Positions 49,207 through 62,105 of a stretch of DNA of 64,000 bases are shown piece after piece. This stretch comes from Lama guanicoe. Lineage: Eukaryota. Both the position numbers and the translations under genes were made by a program. The stretch's first letter is position 1; the number at the start of each line of letters is the position of its first letter. The notes beneath the pieces are model-generated. The model had not been told where the DNA came from and searched no databases. It saw nothing but the letters and a program-made list of their open reading frames with translations. The stretch is taken from the NCBI GenBank assembly GCA_013239625.1, contig MU054117.1, forward strand, positions 1,610,011 to 1,674,010. Direction: 5' to 3'.

Positions 49207-49865
49207 TTTTCTCGAAGTCTTCGCAGCTCCAACTTTAAGTCTTCATCTTCAATATCTGACTCATTGTCACTGCTCATGTAAGAGGAGTTGAATGAGTTAC
49301 TAAGGCTTTGACTTAGGTTCTGGATGGGAAGGCTCTTGCTCAGCTGATGGGGGGAGTGTGGACTACCTGAACCATCGTCCACATCCCTACTTAGGAAGGC
49401 GGCCTCCAGGTCAGAAGACGGCCCGTTCTGGTGTGACGGTCCTGAGAGTTCAGGCTTTTCTTTCTTTGGTATCACAGCAGGAAGAGCAGCATGTTCCAAA
49501 TCCATAAAAGGGGGAGATGCCACTGGTCCCTCTTCCTTTGCCTCAGTTATCTTGTCTTCAGTTCTTGAAACCGAGAAACGGCCTACTTTGTTCGCTGTAG
49601 TTGTCACCTGAAAACGCCCAACCTTGGTAGGCTGCCCAGCTTCTGACTTTGCTTCTGAGGCGGGAGTTCTGCAGGCACCATCCGGCATATCTGAAGAGGT
49701 GCCACGGACAGCTATCCCACTGGGCTCTGGCTTCACCAGGGTGCTCTCGGGACTACTGCTTGACAGCACAGAGGATTCTGAAGTGCTGGACTCAAAATGA
49801 ACAGACTTTGCATCTTCTGCCTTATTTCTACCTTCTTTCTGGGTGTCATCCACTGCAACTGAAAC
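49207..49865 (-). CDS. WNK1: WNK1 exon 24 with RFQV/RFSV motifs and SSYMSSDNESDIEDEDLKLEL
   Basis: ORF 49203-50054; CATCAG| and |GTAAGC. Confidence 0.98.
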
Positions 49866-50864
49866 CTGATGGAAAGAATACAAAGTGAGATTAAAACGAA
49901 ACCCCCCAGTTTTAGAATGGACCAAAAACAAAAAGAAATCACTACTTCCCAGTCTGAGTAGGCCGATTATTTGCTCACACTGCCCCTCCCTCTCTGACTG
50001 TGAGAATAAACTGAACGCCATCATAGAGCATGACATATCTGTACTGAGATGCACAGATTAGATGTAGATGCTGAGTGCTGGTCAAGCTTAGTGTATGATT
50101 TACTTTCGTATCTCACACTGTGCATAGGAATCAGATTCACATCTTGGTGAAAATATAAATAACAGGTCATGGGATCCTGAAGGCTGCTGTGAATAAGAAA
50201 AACGACAAACACTAAACCCAACAAATGACACTGCCAGCTCAGCTTCAAGGATCGGCACAGCTGGCACTAACGGGAAGATCCAGGTCCCAGCTCACCCACA
50301 AGCCACAAACACAAACTCAGTGTGGTGATGGGCGCTCAGAACCTCAGCTTACAAATGAGAAGACTATCACCCGCTATCTCCAACTTTAAGTGCCACCACA
50401 ATCATCATCAGAGAGTGGGTGTGAAGGTTGGGGGGGGGTCAGAGCTTGTGCGGCACTGTGCACTAAGCCAGGAAACGTTCACTTGTTGGTCCACCTGGGA
50501 AAACAACTACATGGTATCAGTAGATGCTGACACAGCATCTTCACTTTGTAAATGACTCCTAAGAAAACAACCCTAAATATGGAGAACGTTTTATACACAA
50601 AGATGTTTACTGTGACTTTATTTACTATGTTGGAAATGACTGGCAATAGGAGAATGGTGAGGAAAGCCTACTACGAGATGGGAAGAAGCCAAAGTAACAT
50701 TCAGAGGAGAAACAGGGCCAATTTTAAATACACACACAGAGAAAAAGTAACAGAAGGAATACACCACCAAAGGTGATCCTAGGGGTACAGTGGGAGGATG
50801 GCCTACGACAACCTACTGCTTCTCTACTGTTCTAAGTATTCTTCTTTAATTAGCATGAATTACT

Positions 50865-51055
50865 TTTTAAACTTTTAAAAACTGAAGTCAGTTTACAATG
50901 CTGTGTCAGTTTCTAGTGTACGGCATAATAGATCAGTCATACATATACATACACATATTCCTTTTCATATCTTTTCATTATGGGTTACTACAAGATACTG
51001 AATATAGTTCCCTGTGCTCTACAGTATAAACGTGTTGTTTATCTATTTAGTATGC
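50865..51055 (-). mobile_element. Short L1 3' tail
   Basis: CAGTTTACAATGCTGTGTCAGTTTCTAG...TACTACAAGATACTGAATATAGTTCCCTGTGCT. Confidence 0.75.
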
Positions 51056-51227
51056 ATTATTTTAAGAGGGGACAATAGTAAAGAGCTATAAAGTTCTCTA
51101 AAAGAGATACATCATTGATGGCAATTAAGTCCCAAAAGGCAGATAATAATTTTATTATATATACACTCCCCAAAAGTGGGAATCCCTTTTTATTATGTAC
51201 ACCATCCCCCGGAAGTGACTGTCTTAC

Positions 51228-51304
51228 CTGAAATCGCCCCATCTTAAAAACGCCACCAGGGCCTGAAGTCGGTGCTAAGACAGGACCTTCTGTGACTTGA
51301 GGAA
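51228..51304 (-). CDS. WNK1: WNK1 exon 23: (V)PQVTEGPVLAPTSGPGGVFKMGRFQ
   Basis: TTTCAG| and |GTAAGA. Confidence 0.96.
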
Positions 51305-52654
51305 CTGAAAGAAGTACATGGAGGAGGAAGATAACTTAAGTCAGCATCTCTTTTCAATTAGCTGCTTTTCCTTTTGGCCAGAAACACAGCAAAATGAAAC
51401 TACATATCAGAAGAGGAAAGCTGTTAAGAGGCAAGGCTGCTCAGATTCTGTCCAACAAGGCGTAACAGCTATTGTTTGGTTTCCTACGAGACACCTTCAG
51501 TGTGAAAGACTGTACTGCTTGTGAAACATGTAAATGATATAAATGATCGAGTCTGGAAATTTATCGTGAACCCTCTGTACATTCTGTTGGACACGTGTGC
51601 AGATGACATGGCATTGTTTGAAGGGAAAAAAGCTACATAGCAGCAAAACGGCTTCATGGCTTAATCCAGTGTGAAGAGACACTATAAAAACTGAGGCTAA
51701 CAGAAAATTACACTACAGTTTCAACCTGCAACTCAAAGATACAAATAAACGAAGCAAACCATGAGATTATACTTAGGATACTAAAGACCTATTTTAAAAA
51801 GAAAACCAGCTATGGCAAATTGGTTTAGGCAACACTTAAGCAAAATCCTGGAACAGGACAGTGTAAATGGCAGAATCACTGATAAGCAATTCTGAGTGAC
51901 TTTAAAGCCACCAAGGTCCTCCTAGTGACAATCACTTGTTGGGGTTTCTTTCTGGAGATAACGGAATATACACCACCATTTCCTTTATTTTATACAGCTG
52001 GCAGAATACTGACTTTGGTGTTCTCATTTAACGATGTAACTTAGAGATCTTCCCACGTAAGTGCCTCATTCTGTTTAATGGCTGTATTATGCGAATGTAT
52101 GAAGTTTTGAAGCGTACCACGTTTTATCCAGGCTTCTACTGAAGGACATTAAAGTTACTCAGAACTTCTTGCTATCATAAAAGTGCTCTAATATGTATTT
52201 TCTTATAGGTATGTAGAATAAATACCTGAGAATGGAAGGACTGAATCATTTCCATTTATAACCGACAGACTTAAACTGATCTCCAAAAAGGCTGAACCAA
52301 GTCACCAGCGGCTGTTACACGTCTGAACTTATTAACAAGGACAGGTGAGAAGTAGGATCACTTTTAGTTTTACTCTACATTTCTGTTTCACAAAGGAAAT
52401 TAAGTATTTTCATGTCCAATTTTCTTTTTTTCTGTATCTTTTGATTACTTTTTGGCTCACGCCAAATTTACAGGAACACTCTATATTAGCAAAACTAGTC
52501 CTTTTTATGATATGAGCACACAACACACACATTTCCCAGTTTTTCACTTATCTTTGGACCTAACAGCACTTTTTTTCCCCATGCAGAAATTTAAAATCTG
52601 TTAATGCTTCTGTGTTAGGTATTAAACGTAACAGTAACATCTTTCTCTACGTTA

Positions 52655-52855
52655 AGGATCAGCAGTCTCTGAACTGTGGACCAAATTTAGCCCACTGCCT
52701 GTTTTCATATGTAAACTTTACTGGACAGTCAAACTCGCTCATTCATGCATGTCTATTGCTTCTTCTGAGCTACAATATGTTGGATAGTTGAAGAGCAAAA
52801 CCTAACATACTTCCTTTTCAGCCTTTTATAGAACAAGTTTGTCAACCGTGCTCTA
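52655..52855. mobile_element. MER58A-like MITE
   Basis: CTGTGGACCAAATTTAGCCCACTGCCTGTTTT...AAGTTTGTCAACCGTGCTCTAG. Confidence 0.6.
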
Positions 52856-52866
52856 GACAGTTGGAA

Positions 52867-52916
52867 GAAAAAGAAAAAGAAAAAGAAAAAGAAAAAGAAA
52901 AAGAAAAAGAAAAAGA
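52867..52916 (+). repeat. (GAAAAA)8 microsatellite
   Basis: Perfect hexamer run. Confidence 0.95.
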
Positions 52917-54152
52917 CTCCTTTTGTTTTCTTATAGTACTATTTTATGACATCATTTTTCACCTTTGATCCATTTGGAATTTATTTTGGCCTCGGCTAGC
53001 GATCGATCTTTGCTTTTTTCCAAGCCACTGTCCAGTTGTCCCAAACCATTTACTGAAATATTCCATCTTTTCTCACTGATTTGAAAGGCTACCTTCTCAT
53101 ATTCTACATTCCACTTTAGTTTCTACACTTTCTAGTCTGTTCCACTGATTTTCAAGGCACTTCCTTTAAAAAGAGAGCCAATTCAGACTCTGCCTGCCTT
53201 GAAAATAACTTAATTTAGAGAGGTTTTAAGTGTAAGCATGTAAGGAAGGCAGGAAGAGGTAAAAGTGTTCAGCTAATCTTAGTAACAGTTATACAGTGAA
53301 TTACCCTTATGTCAGGGGGTGTTGAGGAGAATGGATATTATAAAAAGGAAAAATTAATTTTAAGCATGTGCTATATAAAATCACACTGAGTAAATATAGC
53401 TCACGTTCAATTATTTTGACTTTTGATTATGAACAATTCTTAAGGCAAAGGCAACAGAAAATAAATTTTAAACTTCCCAGGTTCTGTGGGACTGAGGGTG
53501 AGAAGAGACTGACAACAAAACTTCACAACAGTAGCAGTCAACATAAACTTATGACTGAGTATGTGGGGATAAAAGTTCTAATTAAACATTTAAATTGTTG
53601 GTCTGGATAATTTTCACAAAATTAAGTCAGAAATGTGCTTTTCTAAAGAGATTATATTTGTAAACATCCCAATTCTAAAGACTCCAGAAATAAAAATAAT
53701 TAAAAAAATAAATGTTTAAATTGATTAATTGAAATCTTACATTTGTATTTCTACCATCCATGTTATTGAAGCTTATCTGTATCTTTGTATTTCTAAAAAG
53801 CCAAAAGGTTGCCAATAAATTAACTTTCATAAATATGCCTGAATGTCCTTCTCTCTCTGAGCAAGGATCTGGCCTAGCTAGTAACAAAGGGCCTCACGTT
53901 AAGAGAAACTATTATTACCCCCTGGCACGCCACCCTTCAAAACACAAGAGTAGAAGATACACTGATTTGCTAAAATTGTCTGCTCTAGATACTGGTATTA
54001 ATGCTCCTCAACCATGAAATACATTAAAACATTCTTTAAAATCGTCTCGCATACGCCTGCCAGCTCGCGAGGCTGCGCCTCTGCAGCAGCAGCCTCTACA
54101 GTCAGTTACGGGCAGGAATGGAGGCGGCGACGCGGGGAGGGGCGGGTCTCAC

Positions 54153-54213
54153 CGTCCTTCCGAGGCTGCGCTCCTGCTTCCACAGCTGCTGTGGGGGCCG
54201 CCACGGACGCCGG
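54153..54213 (-). CDS. WNK1: WNK1 exon 22: PASVAAPTAAVEAGAQPRKD
   Basis: TTTGCAG| and |GTGAGA; 61 nt, phase 0-1 fits neighbours. Confidence 0.9.
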
Positions 54214-54819
54214 CTGCAAACACACACACAAACACAGCACCTTCAGCTGCAGGTGCGCTCAGACCCTCCCGGGCTGCCCTCCCTCGGGTCTTCATAAAGG
54301 ACAGAGAGACAGACAGCGTGTGCGGAGAAGCACTGACGTCCGAGGGAATTTCCTGTCTCTTTTTTTATGGCCTAAAAGTAAGTCTCATGTAAAGAGAAGA
54401 ATTTTAAAAGAAATCTTGAGTCTTAACCCTTCTAATTGCTTTCTTAACTTTTCTCATGGGTGCTTAACAGTGTACCTGGGTATGTATAGAAAAGTAGTTT
54501 TAACAGAACATTACTGTGTCACAAGCCTAAAAGGAATGAGTTAAAACTTCACACTTTAAGTATAGCCTCCTCCAAATGCACAGGATTGATCTGCAGTATA
54601 ATTCTACCCACAGGCAGGACAAAAAAGCATCTTTCAAATCAGACTTTTTCCATAGTTACACTGCGGGGTCAGTGTTCGTCTTTCATTAATCTCATTTCTG
54701 TTGACTAGAACTGAATAGGTGTTACAGGTATATTAAGAATGGTCTAGGTTACATTCATATTCCAGGAATACAATACATTAGGGTTACTGGAAGATTTTAA
54801 CAAGGGTTTCAAAACTTAC

Positions 54820-54897
54820 ACCAACTGCAGACGTCAGCACGACAGTCTCTGGACTAAGCGTTCTCCTCAGCTGAGCATCGAGATCCTCCAGGGGCTG
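54820..54897 (-). CDS. WNK1: WNK1 exon 21: QPLEDLDAQLRRTLSPETVVLTSAVG (acceptor uncertain: 54897 or 54894)
   Basis: LEDLDAQLRRTLSPE motif; donor |GTAAGT; the nearest AGs are the tandem CAGCAG. Confidence 0.88.
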
Positions 54898-56446
54898 CTG
54901 GGACGGACCACATGGCACAGTAAGCACTCCGGCACCGGCGGAGCCGGTTTACACAGAACACACTTCAGCTTCGTGCTTCAGATCGACACAACGTCACATC
55001 TGCCCACTGAATATGAAACTCGATGACCTAAGTTAAACTTAGCTATATTCCTTGATTTACCAACCTCTTAAAATTTTATTGTCAAGTTCTTAAGCCACAG
55101 AGAAACTCAGTTACATCTAAGGTTTTACAGTTTTGAACCCTTCCTTATTACTTTCTATGTGTGATGTTACTTAAAGTGATAGGAAAGTTATCTATTTGTC
55201 CTCTCCTTAAAAATACGTTCTAAAAAAATGTCATCATGATGTGGGGGAGACTATATTGTTCCCTATTTTCTTTTTCGGCTTGGTGCCTCTGAGAGCCTGT
55301 CCTTAAGAATAGAAAAAGGACCTATTCTGCCACTGCGGTCAGGCTCTTCCTCCACATCAGCACCACCCCTCATCCTCATCCCCCACGTCCCATCTGCGGT
55401 TTCTCATCACACTTTGGGCCCTCTTAGGATCTGAAATACATGTTTTTAGTGCAAAAATAAGTCCAAAACTCGCAATTTATAGACTTTCACAATGCAATTG
55501 TTTTCAAAATTTAGCAGCTGATGGAGGAGATTCTCTGTTGGAGTTATTACTTTATTACGGCAAGTTCCTTTAATTATGTTTTACTGTTAAAGAAGCAGGG
55601 ATAAATTCAGACTTCAAGTTAGCAATTTGCCATATTTTTCTATATCTTATTCTAAAATAAATTCCTCATTTAGTTTCAGTGTTACTAGCTTGTCTCACAT
55701 CAGAAGCTTTCTCATGGTTACGATGGATTCCTAACAAGTACTTACGGGAATTCAACACGTGTTGGGTGGAGGGTAGGGCGGTAAAGAAAATCATAGTCTA
55801 ACTGCGGGCAATTCCGACTCCTAGTGAGCAGGACTGAAAGTGAGACAGCAGTCTCACGTCCACGTCACTGGCCTCAGTTCCTCTTTGAGTCATCTCATGT
55901 TAGCTGAGCTGTGTGGCTTTTGTATTGAAAGATATAATACTTGTTTTTCAAAAACATGACCCTTATTATACCCAATTACTTCATTAGGTGGTCACTGAAA
56001 GAAATGTCAAACATTCAAGAAAAAAACAGGCTGTGCTGAACCCACAGAAAAAGGGCATTGCCAGTTATCAGGGAGGTACCCTTCCCCAAGGAACTTACAA
56101 AGTTAACTTTGATCACATGTAATTTTTTTTTTTTTTACTTCCACAATGGTCTAATCTTTCACTGTTCTACAAAAGTATGAATGATAGAAGGAATTTTTCT
56201 GGCAAAATGTCAAGTCTGCTGTTTTCTTTTTTCGTAAGTTACAAAAAGTATTAATATCAAATGATCTCTATATGATATGATTCTCACTCTAAGTAGGGCC
56301 TGTATCATCAGCTATGGTGTTTTAAAAGAAAGTTCTTACTAAGTCAAAACCAAATAGGAGCCAGAAGGCAAGATCATGCAATGGAGAATTTAAACAAGCT
56401 TTGTGAAAGAAAGTAGGGGCACAAAATCTGCCAAGTCTTGGGGCAC

Positions 56447-56530
56447 CTGAGTTAGTGAAGGTCCCGGAAAAGGCGGCAGCTGCTCGCTGGGTGGAGTACC
56501 AGCTGGAAGTTCAGTACCCACTGGCAGCAC
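56447..56530 (-). CDS. WNK1: WNK1 exon 20: VLPVGTELPAGTPPSEQLPPFPGPSLTQ
   Basis: TGTAG| acceptor; weak donor |GTGCCC. Confidence 0.92.
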
Positions 56531-57658
56531 CTACAGACAGCGAAGGGAAATTCAAGTCCATGAGACACTAAGAGTAAAGACTGCATACTGGAGAGCAAAC
56601 CAACTAATTCAAACGCAGAAGGATAAGAATAAAATATATCTAGTTAAGGTAAGCTTGTCACCTGAGTTATGCTCTGGTATCCATCTTACCTGAAGGGCAT
56701 TATAACCATGATCCTATTACAGGGGTTACTATGACATGCCAATAAAATGGACAGGAATCTTTAGTAAAAGGTTACTCCGCAAGGAAAATACAGAAAAGAA
56801 AGGCTGCGTGGACACGTCAGGCGGTCTAGATACGCCTGAGCCACTCATCTGCTACTGTATTATCAGGCTTTTCTGAGAAACAAAATAGTTCAGAAATAAC
56901 CGTGGGGGCAGGTCTGACAACAAAAGGCACCAGAAATCTACTATCAAGCAGTCTGTATTCTGAGTGAAGCCTCTGCGTCACCCCCTACCCGCCCCGTGAG
57001 AGGAATCCTGCATCGATGGCAACGCGGACAGACAGGGCAGGCACCCAGCGCAGAAGGAGAGACACGCCTGGTTACGCGGAGGGGCAGAGACCGGCGGGCA
57101 GAGTGAGAGGAAGCCACCGCAGCAGAACCAGGAAACTCGTGCCGCTCATTTTATTCCTAGATTCTTTTCTCCTCTGTGTATCATATTCATCACCAACTTC
57201 CAACTTTTTACAAACCCCAAACTGTATGTGTATGGAATCTAAGTGAAGCAGACAATTTGCTTCATTCTCACGCAAACAGACTGTGAACTGCTGTTACTGT
57301 GTGTAACTGCCAGCAAAAACACTTAGCTCCCCTTTGGGATGGATTTCTTCAGTCTGTACCAATCTGGTACAATGCCTGTACTTTAACTACTTATTATATA
57401 CTCCTAGAAAATTGTGCAGTATAATTAACCCCAAAATCTTGCCACATTTCAAAAGAAAGAAAATCTCATGGTTCAATGTACATATATCTTAAAATCACCT
57501 TCAATCAATTTATTTACTAAATACCACGTGTCTACTATAAGCCAGGCATCTTTATAACTACATTTCTAATCTGCAAGGCTGAATTTTTAAAAATGTACTT
57601 ATTGAGAGGAAAAAAGAGTGATGATATTTTTCAAATTATTTCAGAACAAGAATCTTAC

Positions 57659-59082
57659 TGGAGGTTTAGTTAACGGTGGCTTCACTGGAGCGGTTCCAGG
57701 TTTCACTCCTGGTGCAGTGCTGACTGGGGCGGAAACCTGCCCAGGTGTGACTCCTGCTGGACCCGACAAACCAGCTGTTCCTAGCGGCAAACTGGCTGGT
57801 GGCAGGCAAGTGCTCGTAGTGGAAGTCATGAGTCTGCCTGGTGCGACGGCAGTGGTCGGGACGCCTGGAGGGACAGTGGTCTCCACCACCAGCGACGTCT
57901 CCAGGGAGACGGGGGCGTGCTGAGCTCCAGAGGAGCTGTGCTCACTGAAGAGAGACCGCAGCTTCTCCTCTAAAGTCTTTATGTCATCGATCCCCGGAGC
58001 TTTGGGTTGTGTATCAGTGTCTCCTTCAGGACAGTGAGCATGGGGCTGGCTGGGGAGCAACGCTGGCTGGGGCTGGCCATGAATTAGTGTCTGCTGTACG
58101 GCAGGCACACTGGCCACAGGCTGTACCAAGGGTGGGATGCCAGGTACTTGGGGTAACAGAGGTGCAGAAGCAGGTCCTGCTTGGGAAGGGACAGGAGCAG
58201 AAGCTACAGCTGAGGTGACGGCTGAAGGATGAGCCGCACCAGGCTGAGAAACAGAACTAGATACCCCTGCCCCAGGGGAGGGAGAGGAAGATGAGGCCGG
58301 GAGGGACGAAGCCAAGCCTGCCGCACTGCCGTGAGACGTCTTATCTAGGGCGTGTGCACTGACCACCACCGTCTCGGCCAGGGCAGGAGCCGAGGCGCTG
58401 CTGCTGAGCGGGACAGACGGCTGTGAAGCCGTGCTCGGGGCCGGAGTGGTGGCAGAAACTGACGCTGACGTGGCTACCCCGGCAGTGCTAACTCCTGCCT
58501 GCTGAGATGGCCCGGGTGCAGGCTTAGTACCCAAGGCAGCAGCGCTGCTCCCTGCCGAGGCAGGAGTCACTGAAATGGGCACAGAGGGGGACGCATCCAC
58601 ACTAGAAGCGGCGCCCCCAGGGGCAGGAGCCTGAACTGACTTGGAAGCTGCTGACGCTGAGACAGCGGTGGGCGCCGTGATGCCTGAAACCACGCTGGAG
58701 AGCATCGGGGATTCAGATGCATCTAGACCGCTTGATGGTGTCACACCTGTACAGGTGGCAACCCCAGCAGTCCCTTTTTCAGGGGCCACTGTAATCTCAG
58801 ACTGCATTACTGATGTGGAGATGTCAGTAAGAGGGCAGCTAGCTGCAGGGGCTGATACTGAAGGTGTGGCCGCTACTGTGGGTGCGGCTCCAGCAATGCT
58901 ACTTGTGGAGGGAGGCACAACTGGAAATGTTGGTCCTGTATGACCAAAGTTGGGAGGTGCTGTGCTGGGCCCTTCTGTCATTTGGGCATATCTAAGTTCA
59001 GAAAAGGCCTGCTGTAGACTCAGGGATGAAGCAGAGTGAGACAAGTTCATTCCGGTGCCAGGAGATGTAGAAGCAGCAGCAA
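57659..59082 (-). CDS. WNK1: WNK1 exon 19 (1424 nt, Ser/Thr/Ala/Pro-rich; GIDDIKTLEEKLRSLFSEH)
   Basis: ORF 57641-59137; TTTGCAG| and |GTAAGA. Confidence 0.97.
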
Positions 59083-59559
59083 CTGCAAAGGAAAATAAAA
59101 AATTCAAAATCAGTCCATTTTTAAAGAGTGAATTCAAAAGACTGTCTTAATAATCTGTTTTCGGAGTTAACCAACAATGCCACACACCAACAAGGTACAA
59201 AGCCTCTCCCAAGGAAATGACAGGCTTTAAACGAGCAAAGTGAAATAACTACTACTTCGATCAGAAGTTGTCAGTATGAATGTCTGCTTCTCGAAAGAAC
59301 ATGGAGTGCACTCAAACCGTACACGGCAGTAGCTAATCCCATGGGCTGTACCTAGCACAGCCACCCTTTGTGCTCTTCTTCTCCTCTCCACCGTCTGTCT
59401 CCCTTCTCCATACGTTCGTCTGTTGGGTGTAGTCTCAATTTGCTACCCTTCCTCACTGTCTTGTGTCATCATTTGAACCGCGGTTTGATGACCAAGCTTC
59501 TGCTTGTAGGAGAGATGCTGCAGGACTTACACACACATGTGGTAGAAGTAATTCCTTAC

Positions 59560-59682
59560 CTGTATCTGATATTTCACCAGCAAAAAGCTTTGACTCTCGT
59601 AATCGACTTTCCGGCACTGGACTGACTATAAACCGTCTTCCAGCAGAATGAACAACTTGAGTTAAAGAACTGGGAGGAATGC
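59560..59682 (-). CDS. WNK1: WNK1 exon 18: (G)IPPSSLTQVVHSAGRRFIVSPVPESRLRESKLFAGEISDT
   Basis: RFIV motif; GT-AG. Confidence 0.97.
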
Positions 59683-59812
59683 CTGGTTAAAAAGAAACAA
59701 ACCACTTAATCACATTTTTACATACACTGTCACTAACATGAAGCTTTGAGATTTTATTGTTAACACACAGCTTCTCAGGTAAGAGCAAATGATGGAAAGA
59801 AAAGAAATTCAC

Positions 59813-59870
59813 CTATTTGCTGTGGCATGGAAGACACAGGAGCTGGTTGTTTGAACTCTCCTTCCAATTT
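59813..59870 (-). CDS. WNK1: WNK1 exon 17: KLEGEFKQPAPVSSMPQQI
   Basis: TGTAG| and |GTGAAT. Confidence 0.95.
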
Positions 59871-60036
59871 CTACAACAAACAAAAGTGATTAAATTCATT
59901 CTCAAATTCAGTGATTAGGCAAAGCAAATTGCCACATGCAAAGAGAACATGAGTGCTGACAGCCTTAGTTACAGGTGTAACATGGTACCACTGGATCTGA
60001 AACAAACAAAGCTTCACTACGGGATGGTGAGCCTAC

Positions 60037-60210
60037 CTGAGACCCTGAAAAGCCATAGTCATCCTTTCCCTGCAGACGCTCCAACCCCTGGTCACCCTCT
60101 GGCTCCACACTGACATCCTCACTGAGCATCTCATCGGCTTTTTCAATAATTTCCCGCACCTGATCCACAAATGACTCTCTTTCTGTTGCCAGAATAAAGT
60201 CATTGTTCAC
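60037..60210 (-). CDS. WNK1: WNK1 exon 16: VNNDFILATERESFVDQVREIIEKADEML...GSQ
   Basis: Second CCT-like domain; GT-AG. Confidence 0.97.
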
Positions 60211-60535
60211 CTGTAAAAGAAATGCGACATCAGCCTGATTCGTACAGTGTTCCTCAAGTCTTAGGTCATTCAATCCCCATTTTCATTCTTCTGCCCAGTC
60301 TGCATTCCATCTGTATTATTTATTTGATATGTAAGTTAGTTCTTTAATGCCTAGATAGGCCCCAGACAAAAATATTTCTAAATCACCAGCTTGGTCTGCT
60401 AGTTATACTCACACTGAAACTGAAATAAATAGGTAACTGTCAAAACAGTTTACAAAATATTGCCTATTTGCCTAGGGTGGTGGATATGAAGATCAAGGAC
60501 TAAGGAAAAATCTGGGACTCTAAACTCAGACATAC

Positions 60536-60652
60536 CATAATTGTTGCTATCTCCTCAGGGTTGTCACCATCTAAGTCAAATTTGAATGTAACCATTTTCC
60601 GGTTGTGAGTCTCCAGTTGACATTCTACTACCCGGTCTCCTTTATTTGAAAC
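60536..60652 (-). CDS. WNK1: WNK1 exon 15: [39 protein letters not shown]
   Basis: Highly conserved WNK motif; GT-AG. Confidence 0.98.
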
Positions 60653-61050
60653 CTAAAAAGAAAAAAGAAAAGTATTTCTAATCTCAGAAGACCATACTCA
60701 GCACTGTTACTGGATGTGAGAAAGTGATGTAGGTTATCACTTGAACTTCAGCGTAACGTTACCACTAGTCCTTGAAACACTGGTACTTTGCCTCTTAAAC
60801 TGGTAGCAGGAAAACCTTAAGAAAGTATCAGGCTTTGAGCTACGTACTTATCTTCCACGAGGAGTTTGGAAGAAATCTAAAGCCTCTGTTGTGCAAATTA
60901 AACTCTCTACTGCCTTCTTACAGAAATACGGAATTCAACAGTATCATTTGGGTGATTAGAAGAGCCTAAACTTTCATCAATACACTCTAGCCTTAGAAAT
61001 ACTTAAATAATAAACTAACTATATAAAACCCAGAAGTCAGCAATACTTAC

Positions 61051-61213
61051 ATTCAAAATTCTCAATTTGGGGCGTGAAGTCTTTTCATGGCGAGAACGAC
61101 TTCTCACAGATTTCCTGCAATGCCGCTTCGTGGTTCTCCCTTCATGCCTTCCGCTGGACGATGCGACAGTCTCATTACCGTCACTCATTCCTGAAGCCAC
61201 ATCTGAATGTGCA
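61051..61213 (-). CDS. WNK1: WNK1 exon 14: AHSDVASGMSDGNE...RSRSRHEKTSRPKLRILN
   Basis: AAG| acceptor, |GTAAGT donor. Confidence 0.97.
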
Positions 61214-61320
61214 CTTTGGGGGGAAAAAGTTCAATTTACAATAGGAGATTTAAAGGTTTCACAGACTCAAGTTTCATGCCATCCTATCGACCCATCAAGA
61301 CAGAAGTTGACTTTACACAC

Positions 61321-61418
61321 CTGTCTATAGAAGAGACCAAGGCGGCAGGGTGGGCGGGCTGTGGCTGTGCCGCTGGAGCTGGCTCTGGAGGAGCGACCTG
61401 AGGGACTCCTCGAGTACT
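61321..61418 (-). CDS. WNK1: WNK1 exon 13: STRGVPQVAPPEPAPAAQPQPAHPAALVSSID(S)
   Basis: TCACAG| and |GTGTGT; phase 0-2. Confidence 0.92.
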
Positions 61419-62105
61419 CTGTGAACAGAAAGGATAATTCAAACCTTGGCAGTCATATATTTTACTTATTACCGGCCATCCTCAATAAGCTACTCTTTTT
61501 TTTTTCTTATCCCTCCCCTAAGTCCTAGAAGCACTACATTTACTAGAAATTCTTAATATTCAGCATCTACAGAAAGTCCTCTTACAATTGCAAAGGGAGA
61601 TTCTAAAGCTAGTCTCTGGTACAGGCTACATGGTATGTCATCAGCCACAGCTGTCGCTAGGTGGTGAGAAACTACAACCTGCCATGCAGCCAGCATCTCG
61701 CCAGAACGTGCAGCAGGGCAGGCAGAGCAAAGTGCAGAGGCGGCTCAGCGCTCTCTGAGTGGGGCAAGAGCGATCACTGGGCGCACAGCAGGGTAAGGTG
61801 TTCTGGGGACCACCATGGCAAGAATTTGTGAAAGGACAAGAAAAACGGCTGAAGGGCTAGCTAGAGAAGTGAAGTGCTAACAGGATTAATCTTCTCCAAG
61901 GCACACTCACTTCCCAACAGAACAGCCAGTGGCAACAAGGCCCCCACACTGGCATTTCATTCTGCTGTAAGAAAAAGTCATTCAGAAGTTAGTTTAAAAT
62001 AGTTTCCAAACGAACTCTAAACCAGGGGAACCTATGTTTCTCCTTTGTCACTTTTATCCCATTACACATATGTCTTAGCTATAAACATGCAGAAATTCCA
62101 TTTAC

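Noticed and set aside
54060..54180. Repeated CGAGGCTGCGC suggesting a duplicated exon 22
   Set aside because: Only 11 nt are identical and there is no canonical donor for a second copy.
49580..59635. RFxV SPAK/OSR1 docking motifs (RFIV, RFQV x2, RFSV)
   Set aside because: All are present as expected for WNK1; confirmatory, not novel.
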